Of a stretch of DNA of 64,000 nt, positions 26,300 through 34,372 are shown piece after piece. Every line of letters starts with the position of its first letter. Positions within the stretch are counted from its first letter, which is position 1. The notes beneath the pieces were generated by a model. That model was not told the DNA's origin, made no database searches, and was given only the letters and a program-made list of their open reading frames with translations. Source of the DNA: Amphiscolops sp. MND2022 (Eukaryota); NCBI GenBank assembly GCA_964187785.1, contig OZ076413.1, positions 50,098,001 to 50,162,000 on the forward strand, given 5' to 3'. The translations under genes and the position numbers were made by a program.

Positions 26300-26322
26300 A
26301 CTCACCCGGGGTTTAAGAATGA

Positions 26323-27075
26323 TTAAGTTGAAAGGGGGGCATACAGGGTATTTATGACTTTTACTTCGAAAAATATGGAATTGTTTTTTAGCCAGGGGTT
26401 CTCTGGGTTCATGAGTTCATCATGTGGGATGAAGCACAAGATGGTGATTGCTGTATTGCTGGCTGTGGGAATAGGTTTCTTGAAGCACTCACTGTTGTTG
26501 TTATTCGTCACAATGAGCTGTTTGTAGGGTTTGTAAATATTGCCTTGACCAAGGAGGTGTATCTCGATAACGCCTTGGAAGGGCCAAGTGAGTATCTCAT
26601 CGTAGGGTCCCGGACACATAGCCAAGCATACTGACATGTATTTCCCTTTGGCAGTGTCGATGCCATAAGGATAAGCTCGTAGATGAAAGGTGTACCCAAA
26701 GGGTTGTGAGAAGAAGATAGGGCTACAGACGTCTTTTAGGCAATTAGGATCACAATAGGGTGCTCTTACATGAGACAAACTTTTTTCGTATTTTTCAGCA
26801 TTCTGAAAAATATCAGAGAATTGATCAAGCCTCCAAATAACTTTGTAGAGGTTCCAATCCCGTGGAATTGATTTCTTTTCGATACGAAGGACTCGCATCT
26901 CAAGTGCGTCGAGCTTTTTACTGATCTCGTGTATCATATCAGAATCAAATGTGTCATCTTTATATTGGGTGATATTGAGTTTTTGTCGAAGCAATAGTAA
27001 CTCATTGATTAGGGAGTCCGTAAGGGACCTCTCATCTTCCAATTGTTCAATAAGGGTAGATGAGCTTGTGTTCAT
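26323..27075 (-). CDS. TRAF-like protein (coiled coil + TRAF-C/MATH domain, no RING)
   Basis: TRAF-C signature: VIWRLDQF, SPIFFSQPFGYTFHLRAYPYG, YMSVCLAMCPGPYDEILTWPF, CFKKP, WLKNNSIFFEVKV. N-terminal heptad-rich helix. Confidence 0.9.
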   Translation of the reverse strand: MNTSSSTLIEQLEDERSLTDSLINELLLLRQKLNITQYKDDTFDSDMIHEISKKLDALEMRVLRIEKKSIPRDWNLYKVIWRLDQFSDIFQNAEKYEKSLSHVRAPYCDPNCLKDVCSPIFFSQPFGYTFHLRAYPYGIDTAKGKYMSVCLAMCPGPYDEILTWPFQGVIEIHLLGQGNIYKPYKQLIVTNNNNSECFKKPIPTASNTAITILCFIPHDELMNPENPWLKNNSIFFEVKVINTLYAPLST

Positions 27076-27111
27076 CTTGATAGGTCGTTCTGAAATTCAA
27101 TGGAAAAGACT

Positions 27112-27621
27112 TTAAATAAATGCTGAAATAGCTCTAATAGGTACCACAATTCTCTGGTAGCCTAGGGTCGGATTTTCCAACGTAAATTCTTGACGGTTAG
27201 AATCCCAGAATACAATATTCCAATGATTATATTCGCGTTTCAAAAGATAATTTAATTCTGTCCGGAATCGTGGGTTCCTGGTGAAAATATATTTATTAGC
27301 AGCTTCCTCGTTTTTTCGTTGTTGTCGTAGTTTCTCGTGGGCCGAGAGGGAAGCTTTTTGCCTTTTATGAGAACGCTTAATGGACGTTGAATGAGGTCGT
27401 TTAGTGGGTAGGGGTGTTGTTTTTAAGTTGTTGTGCGGAGGAGGTGGTGCTGTTTCAGTAACACCTTCTGCAATAGTTTCCGTTGAGAGAAACTCTAAAT
27501 CTGTTGGGGAAAGCAAGGGGAGATCAAGTAGTCCGCTGTTGTCGAGTTTTGGTTCACTTGTTAATAACTCGATTTCTTCAGCCACAGTTTTGTCGGTTTG
27601 CATATTCTGAATACTAAACAT
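27112..27621 (-). CDS. Unknown accessory protein (169 aa): acidic N-terminus, basic NLS-like middle
   Basis: ATG ORF packed between env and the TRAF ORF; contains KRPHSTSIKRSHKRQK. A TTCAG acceptor lies just before the second Met (27603). Confidence 0.65.
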   Translation of the reverse strand: MFSIQNMQTDKTVAEEIELLTSEPKLDNSGLLDLPLLSPTDLEFLSTETIAEGVTETAPPPPHNNLKTTPLPTKRPHSTSIKRSHKRQKASLSAHEKLRQQRKNEEAANKYIFTRNPRFRTELNYLLKREYNHWNIVFWDSNRQEFTLENPTLGYQRIVVPIRAISAFI

Positions 27622-27631
27622 AAAAATACAA

Positions 27632-29740
27632 TTACACTGGAGAAACAGTATGGGTATTCGAAGTAGGGGGCCTACTTATGGCAGGGTAAATATGTTCGAG
27701 GGTTTCGTGCTCATTGTAATTTTTGTCTGGAGGGGTATCTGAGACCATTGGGTCATGTTGGGGAACTTGATTAAGAGTTGATATCATCGAAACTGTGAAT
27801 AGATTGTAGGTTGCTGATAGAAGTATTTTGCCAATACCCCAAGAAGCTCCTGTAACTCGGTGTAGTTCAAATGAGCGAAATGTTATAACAATCACATTGA
27901 CCAAAAACTTGATAAGAAGAAATCCACCAAACCACTGTCCCAATTTGCTAAACCAGTATTCGATAATACCAAAAGTGCTGATGAACTGTTCCTTGAAATA
28001 TCCTGGTGATATCATGTTATCCACATAGAAATTTGTACGTGGTGCAAAGTAACCAAATTCGTCTGGTCCTTTGTCGGCAGCCGAAGGTATAATGAGTTCT
28101 CGTGAAAACTTTTGCAAAGCATTCCTCGAAGCCGCGCTGATCAGAATATTGTCCCAAAAATCGCTGAGTTGTCCTTTTGTGTACATTCCAGCATCTTGAG
28201 ACTCATCGAAAGCATCTTTTGTGAAAGGAGAAATCTCTTTCGGACCGAAGATAGCAGGTCTATCTCTATGTGTAGGCTCTGGATTCAAAGAAAACCAAGA
28301 GTCCTTGTCCTGCATATCTAGTTGAAAAAGGTTCTTTATTCTGTCTGTGCAATTTTGGGTATTTGCGTTGGGGTAGGTTTGTCTGGTGATGGGGTCTACG
28401 AATTGAATTTGTCCCTTGTAGAATATGGGTATTTTGTCATAACAATTGTTCATGACATGAAGAGGTGATGAAATCAGTGGGCATGAATAGAGCCAGGCGA
28501 GACTACCATCAGTTTCAAGGAACATGGATCTATTTCCAGTAAGCATGTATCCAGCAAGGCGTGGATTTTCCAAAGACAGCATTAAAATAGTTAGAATTTG
28601 GGTTCGTTCCTGTTCGCACTGGTTTTTCAACATTTGGATTTCGGAAGATTGCAGTGCTCGGGTGCTTTCGAAGAACAGGTAATCCAGTTTTGTTCCAACT
28701 TGCATTTCATAATCCATGTTGAGCCAAGTATTAACGTACTTGTCTTTAACTGTGGCATCTCTGTTGTACACGTAAAGTCCAGGTTTCCCAGAATTGTCTG
28801 TGGAGTATTGGAGGGTATAAGATCCTCTTGTTATCCCCATCTTTCTTCCGGAAGCCATGTCAAATCCACCGGTGTGTATCACAATGTACATGGACTCGTA
28901 ATTTGTGGGATATACGTCGTTTGGTTTGTTGCAGAATTTTTGAGGGTAGTTCTTCACTTCGAACAAAAATTTGGAGGAAGAATCGTTGGTGCTCACCATG
29001 TGATACCTGTGTTCATTCTTTATCATATTTACATGTTCTTCTTTCAATACTGAAAGTACACAGTTATCAGGGTGATCCCAAATATAGGCGTAGGGATCCA
29101 AGGATGTGCTTTGGCAACCCAGATCGTCAAGTTTGCATGGGAGAGGATTTCCATTTACATTGTGAACTGTTCCATCTCTCAGCTTGACGGGTAGTGTAAC
29201 GTCTTGAATGTGACTCTCAAAAGTATCTTTGATCATCCAAGACCTTCCAGTGCAATGGTTTCTGTTTTCTTCGCTCTTCTTTCCATTCGTATAGGACTGA
29301 GTTAGTTTGTTTCCCTTTTTAAACTGGACCATGTGATCCAATATTTGTATCTTTCCCTCTTCTCGTGCTCTTCGACATTGTTCGGGGCTCATATCGATAT
29401 CACTAGTTATTGTACTTTGTTCTGCATCGATACTCGCATGGTCATGATATCCACAATGCCATTTGAATCTACTGTGCTTTAGGCGGCACATAGTGGCATT
29501 GAGTTCTGTACGAAAGTGCTTCGTGTAGACAGTGATTATGGCTGGGTTGATTTCAATATTTTCTGGGGAAACGTGGCAGGGTCTCACTTGATTGAGCGCA
29601 TATAATTTGTTTTCGGTCATTTCTCCACAGTCATAGTGCGATACACTAAGCCTTTGTGCGATGTCATCCAGGTTTGGATTGGGGAGGCTATTGATTAGGG
29701 AGTAGCACGTAATGAATAATATCCAAATTTTACTGCACAT
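27632..29740 (-). CDS. env: Envelope glycoprotein, class III fusion type (chuvirus G / herpes gB-like)
   Basis: Signal peptide MCSKIWILFITCYSLINS. Cys-rich ectodomain with YDCG, CRLKHSRFKWHCGYHDH and YIWDHPDNC, and N-glycosylation sequons. C-terminal hydrophobic segments. Located downstream of pol. Confidence 0.85.
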   Translation of the reverse strand: MCSKIWILFITCYSLINSLPNPNLDDIAQRLSVSHYDCGEMTENKLYALNQVRPCHVSPENIEINPAIITVYTKHFRTELNATMCRLKHSRFKWHCGYHDHASIDAEQSTITSDIDMSPEQCRRAREEGKIQILDHMVQFKKGNKLTQSYTNGKKSEENRNHCTGRSWMIKDTFESHIQDVTLPVKLRDGTVHNVNGNPLPCKLDDLGCQSTSLDPYAYIWDHPDNCVLSVLKEEHVNMIKNEHRYHMVSTNDSSSKFLFEVKNYPQKFCNKPNDVYPTNYESMYIVIHTGGFDMASGRKMGITRGSYTLQYSTDNSGKPGLYVYNRDATVKDKYVNTWLNMDYEMQVGTKLDYLFFESTRALQSSEIQMLKNQCEQERTQILTILMLSLENPRLAGYMLTGNRSMFLETDGSLAWLYSCPLISSPLHVMNNCYDKIPIFYKGQIQFVDPITRQTYPNANTQNCTDRIKNLFQLDMQDKDSWFSLNPEPTHRDRPAIFGPKEISPFTKDAFDESQDAGMYTKGQLSDFWDNILISAASRNALQKFSRELIIPSAADKGPDEFGYFAPRTNFYVDNMISPGYFKEQFISTFGIIEYWFSKLGQWFGGFLLIKFLVNVIVITFRSFELHRVTGASWGIGKILLSATYNLFTVSMISTLNQVPQHDPMVSDTPPDKNYNEHETLEHIYPAISRPPTSNTHTVSPV

Positions 29741-29847
29741 TTTGGAACCAATTGGGGGAAATCTTAGGCGTTTGCCAGAGCTCAGTTTTCAGAGGGGCAA
29801 ACTGTTAAAAAATCAAAAAGAGGAAATTTAAACGGTAGCTTGCTAAC

Positions 29848-29997
29848 CGAGAGTTGGTGGAGTCGAATTTGACAACCAGTTAGAATCAAATTGATTCTAT
29901 TGTTGAAGAATGTTCTTCAGAAACGAGAGTTGGTGGAGTCGAATTTGACAACCAATTAGAATCAAATTGATTCTGTTGTTGAAGGATGTTCTTCAGG
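29848..29997. repeat. Two tandem ~76-bp units, each with several short hairpins
   Basis: Units start at 29848 and 29924. Hairpins include AGAATCAA-A-TTGATTCT and TGAAGAA-TG-TTCTTCA. Confidence 0.85.
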
Positions 29998-30313
29998 AAC
30001 TGAAACGAGACAATTATTGTCTAACGTTTTCAACCAGGGTGAACACCAAATTTGGATTTGATAGCTTGCTAACCAAAAATAGGTGTAGTCACAGTGATCA
30101 CTGCTTTAGATTTGAGATTGGTGCACAGGTCTATGGATTGAAGATTTCAGTGTCTGGCTCAATTGATAGCCGTTTTCATAAGTACTGAAAGTACACTCTG
30201 TTATCAGAAGTGAAGTTATGGAATTTGGGATTTGAAGTGAAAGTTGAGAAAGAGGATCGTAAAATTTTATTTACCAAACAAAATTTTATTTCAAAACGAA
30301 AATGAGATGAAAT

Positions 30314-30778
30314 TTACAAATCATAAAACTGGATAAGATCCTTGTACAATTTGCTATATTTAGGTGAAGTGACACACTCAATGTCCATGACACTGGTTAA
30401 TTCACCTAACACAAGCAGATCAAATTTGGTGATGTGCCTTTCAGGTCTCTGTTCGTATGACAGGAGGGAAGCGGCTAGTGACGCGTATAGAAGGGTGTCC
30501 TTGTAGATTTGTTTCTGATACTTTTTGTCAGGCAGGTCGTAACGTTCAAAGTGAACGCAAATCTTGAATTCGTAGGTCCAAGTCCACCGAATATAGGTGA
30601 TCAAAAATTGTTTGTTGTTTTCAGCAACGAAAATAGTCCAGGGGCAATTGAAACTGAGTTCTTCGTACTTTTTCTCCCAGAGGGTATCCCAGTAAATAGT
30701 AGGAGGAGGATAAATTTGAGTAATCCTTGGTTTTGTTCTTTTGCGTGAGTCTTTTTTGAGAATAGACTGTGGGTTCAT
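30314..30778 (-). CDS. Unknown accessory protein (154 aa), paralog of 31613-32023
   Basis: Shared pattern CPW.I..W.W..KY.K..LY.SL.A.L..PE..MD..C..Y..Y.D. Two AATAAA downstream. Confidence 0.8.
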   Translation of the reverse strand: MNPQSILKKDSRKRTKPRITQIYPPPTIYWDTLWEKKYEELSFNCPWTIFVAENNKQFLITYIRWTWTYEFKICVHFERYDLPDKKYQKQIYKDTLLYASLAASLLSYEQRPERHITKFDLLVLGELTSVMDIECVTSPKYSKLYKDLIQFYDL

Positions 30779-30996
30779 TAGAGATGGTTGTTTTCTCCTC
30801 TGAACAAATCCGAAGGTATGTCTCCCACAAATTTCATAAGGTGGAGAAAATAGTCCTAATATACTGAATGTTGATCTACAAAAACAATATCTTTTTTCGA
30901 GGTGATGTAGTGCTTTACATAGATATAGATTCTGTCTTGATGCAGCTCAGTTCTATAGATCCGGTAGAATTCGTTTTCAATTTTGATGTAGGTCAT
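30778..30996 (-). CDS. Small accessory ORF (72 codons) with one in-frame TAG; stop overlaps the next ATG (TAATG)
   Basis: MTYIKIENEFYRIYRTELHQDRIYIYVKHYITSKKDIVFVDQHSVY*DYFLHLMKFVGDIPSDLFRGENNHL. TAG at 30856-30858; TTTCAG acceptor 8 nt upstream of the ATG. Confidence 0.5.
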
Positions 30997-31015
30997 ACGA
31001 CGAACTGAAATAGTC

Positions 31016-31507
31016 AAAAGTTTTTTACCCACGGCAGAGATTGATACTATGATCGTTACCGTGCTGAAAAGTTATTTACCCACGGCAGAGATTGATGCTA
31101 TGATCGTTACCGTGCTGAAAAGTTATTTACCCACGGCAGAGATTGATCTGCTATGATCGTTACCGTGCTCAATTTTGTGAAAAAGTTATTTACCCACGGC
31201 AGAGATTGATGCTATGATCGTTACCGTGCTGAAAAGTTATTTACCCACGGCAGAGATTGATATTTTGATCGTTACCGTGCTGAAAAGTTATTTACCCACG
31301 GCAGAGATTGATGCTATGATCGTTACCGTGCTGAAAAGTTATTTACCCACGGCAGAGATTGATACTTTGATCGTTACCGTGCTCAATTTTGTGAAAAAGT
31401 TATTTACCCACGGCAGAGATTGATACTATGATCGTTACCGTGCTCAATTTTGTGGAAAAGTTATTTACCCACGGCAGAGATTGATACTATGATCGTTACC
31501 GTGCTCA
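31016..31507. repeat. Array of ~9 copies of a 51-bp unit with an internal hairpin
   Basis: Unit AAAAGTTATTTACCCACGGCAGAGATTGATGCTATGATCGTTACCGTGCTG with CACGG..CCGTG inverted arms. Confidence 0.95.
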
Positions 31508-31612
31508 AGAATTTCTGAAACGAAGGACTACAAATTAGTTATCAGTTTACGTTAAAATGACAATGAAGAGAAGAGAAAAAGAATTTTGACAAGAAGACTT
31601 TTATTTACAATA

Positions 31613-32023
31613 TTAGAAATCTTCCATTTCCTGCCACAGCTTTAGAGTTTCAAGGAAATCAATGTACATATCATTGTAGCTCGAGTTTTTACAAATATTG
31701 TCCATCTGGCTAGAGATGGTGTTGAGAGCGTCGACTTCTTGTTTTGATAGCTGTGGTTCGGGTTTCCTCATGAACGTTACTAACGCCGCAGTGAGGGACA
31801 CATACAGGAATGAACCGGGTTTGACCCATTTGTGGTATTTTTGTTTGGACCGGTAGTTATGGAATTTAACTTCAACATCAGCAGTTGGGTGCCAACTCCA
31901 ACTTAGTTCTTCGATGATCATCGAGATTTCTTCTAATTCGGGCATGATATTCCAGGGGCAGCATTTGAAATTTATTTTGTTTATAATCACAATAGGGATG
32001 TCGTACGCAATGACAGGCTTCAT
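31613..32023 (-). CDS. Unknown accessory protein (136 aa), paralog of 30314-30778
   Basis: Paralogy as above. CTGAC branch point plus TTTCAG acceptor 16 nt upstream; AATAAA just after the stop. Confidence 0.8.
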   Translation of the reverse strand: MKPVIAYDIPIVIINKINFKCCPWNIMPELEEISMIIEELSWSWHPTADVEVKFHNYRSKQKYHKWVKPGSFLYVSLTAALVTFMRKPEPQLSKQEVDALNTISSQMDNICKNSSYNDMYIDFLETLKLWQEMEDF

Positions 32024-32936
32024 CTTTGGTTGGCTTGGGCTGAAATTTGGTCAGAATAGATACTAAAGCACGAAAATGCTGCTTGACTTACTTTGTAAAA
32101 TTTAAACAAATTTTACAATTGCAAGAGCTGGATTTTTCAAAAAGCAAAATTTCATACTATTGTTTTTGTTCTTTTCACAAGGTTCTCCTTTGAAAAGGCT
32201 TTGTCTTGTTTTCTTTTGTTTGTCTACTTCTTTTGTTTCCTTTTGTAGCCTTTATTGAATAGATTCTTGCATTCTTTTGTTTTCTACATGCTTTTGTTGT
32301 TACATGCAGTGGTTCCTTTTGTAAACTCCTTTCAGTTGTTGACTTTTGTTTTTTGTTTTCTATGGTTTGCATCACTGGCTTTCATCGGCTTGTTTTGTAA
32401 AGATCGCGCTTTTGTTGTTGGATAACGGCGGGTGCCATATGTGTTTTTGAAGTAGAGTGTTGAAGTTAGCTTTGTATTGAATGCGCTTTTGTTATGGTTC
32501 AGTTCTTTTGGTGCCATGTGTTTTCGAGTGGTTTGAAAAGTTGTTTGTTCACAATGGGCTTTTGTAATGGTTCAATTCTATGGACGCCATGTGTGTTTTT
32601 GAAGTGGTGGCCCAAATTCGGTTTGTGTTGAATGCGCTTTTGGATGTTAGTCTGATCTCTTCACATTTACAAGTAAGTTCGGTTTTCATTTTCAACTTTT
32701 GCTTTTTCTTGAATTTTTGGTAACGTGTATATGACACGCTCGACCGCCGAAAAAGAAGTAGAGAAAAAATTTTGAGCCATATGGTGGTGAAGCTTGGAGA
32801 GAAAGAAATGAAAGAAAACAATTTTGAAGAACGGAGTGGAAAATGGGGGAAATTTTTAAACGGCATAAGGGGGGCGGTGAAAACGAAATTTGAGGTTGTA
32901 ATTTAGTTGCGTTTCTTTAGGCTGTTTTAGTACACG

Positions 32937-33592
32937 ATGAACCGTTTGCCATTTTCTACCGCGGATGATGCTTATCTGGCACCAGATCTTTTTGCGGATA
33001 TGCGATCATTGGTGACTGATTTGGAACTACCAATGATGGCGGGGACGACAGCGGTGGGCGAGGTGTTGCGACGCCCAGAACCACTCCGGAGAGCAGTTAG
33101 ATTGGCGTTAGGCGAGCACGTAAGTTGTTGAGTGGTGTAACTTGTGAAGCTAAGACATTGTGGAGAAGAGATTTTGAATTAGTTCTTAGCACTAAGAGTA
33201 AAAAGGAAATGGAAAGTATTGTCTTTAGCTTCGATTGTATAAGTTCTGTAGTTGCAGTTTCTAAGTACGATAAGGTAAACAGAGACGGAATGTTTGTGAA
33301 ATTAATGTTTTTGTGTATTGATTGCAGTTTGTTTTAGTGGAGATCGAAGCTACAGTCCGGAGCCAAGGACGTTTGGATTTTTAAACTAAAAGCCATTGTA
33401 CGGGGATGGGAGATGACTGCTCCACAAGATCGGCCGGACATAGCCCGACGGCTGGATCGGAGTCAGTTTTTCCAAGTGCTGCAGGACTTGGCGGAGTTGG
33501 GGGGATATATGGTGTGCCTCTGCGCGGGGCATCCTAAGCCGCCTCCAAATGGGGCGACTGTTGTCCCTGCCGAAAGGGAAGATTTATTATAA
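32937..33592 (+). CDS. Predicted spliced antisense gene (~145 aa; exons 32937-33119 and 33338-33592)
   Basis: ATG preceded by TTTAG acceptors. Phase-0 donor CAC|GTAAGT at 33120 and acceptor GTTTTAG at 33337. Exon 2 stays open for 84 codons, followed by a U-rich tail. Confidence 0.5.
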
Positions 33593-33780
33593 ACTTTTGT
33601 TTATATTGTAAATATTTTGTTTTTGTGTTTTTATTATTTTAATATTATTTTTGTAATACTTCTGTTTTGACTTTAAATTGTAGGTTGAGAAGTAAGAGAA
33701 CGTTTTTGACAGTTATAATTTCTAAAAGTTTAGCTAGAGGAGAAGGATTAGCTAAAACTTTGAGCAATCACCTCTGTGGA

Positions 33781-33974
33781 GGCTTGTTGATTAAAACATC
33801 AACAGTCACAGTGCTATCTATTCCAGACAGTTCGACCAATTAAGGCGAACCGCCGTAGCACACGTTTTGTTTGTGTTTTTGTCTCTTGGGGAGACTTGTT
33901 GACAAAAATCGTCAACAGTCACAGTGGCATCTATTCCACGCAGTTCAACCATTTAAGGTGAACCGGCGTACCAC
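33781..33974 (-). ncRNA. Two tandem copies of an ~81-nt structured cis-RNA element
   Basis: Copies at 33781-33861 and 33893-33974 show compensatory substitutions. G-U pairs work only on the minus strand. Confidence 0.6.
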
Positions 33975-33984
33975 AAAATTTTTG

Positions 33985-34365
33985 TTAACAGAGTTTGTAA
34001 TTAGGTGATATAAAAATGTCAAATTTTTTTTGAAAAGACAGATGATCAAAAATCCCGATCCAAGAAGTTGTAGGTAACAAGCATGTGTACTGATTACAAT
34101 TTCCAATAAGGCTGGGGAATTGTCCAGTGTTATTCGGGGCCAAAAAAAGGACCGAAGAATTTGGGATTCTGAAATAAGGGTTGACACAATTTTGTACACA
34201 ATTAAGGTTTTTTATCGGGGGGTAATTCTGTCCCTGTGCCTCATGATGCAGAGAATGGTGTGTAGTATCCAAATTATGTAGAGCTAGTGTTGTGAACTGA
34301 AAAGGTAGATCAGGATTTTGGCGGGACTTAGTATTAATTGATGTAATAAATGCTAGTGTTATCAT
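33985..34365 (-). CDS. Possible accessory ORF (126 aa) directly after pol
   Basis: ATG 7 nt after the pol stop; Cys pairs CVQNC and CNQYTC; no recognisable domain. Confidence 0.4.
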   Translation of the reverse strand: MITLAFITSINTKSRQNPDLPFQFTTLALHNLDTTHHSLHHEAQGQNYPPIKNLNCVQNCVNPYFRIPNSSVLFLAPNNTGQFPSLIGNCNQYTCLLPTTSWIGIFDHLSFQKKFDIFISPNYKLC

Positions 34366-34372
34366 TTATTTT

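Noticed and set aside
27828..29187. Plus-strand ORFs overlapping env (and similar ones over gag and pol)
   Set aside because: Antisense shadows of long real ORFs with no independent signal.
31214..31423. ORF with 17-aa repeats
   Set aside because: By-product of a 51-bp tandem unit; the frame is broken in neighbouring units.
31016..31507. CRISPR-like array
   Set aside because: Units are contiguous with no unique spacers, there are no cas genes, and the context is eukaryotic.
32175..32866. Short Lys-rich ORFs inside the large element
   Set aside because: Low-complexity A-rich sequence with degenerate internal repeats; no coherent protein.
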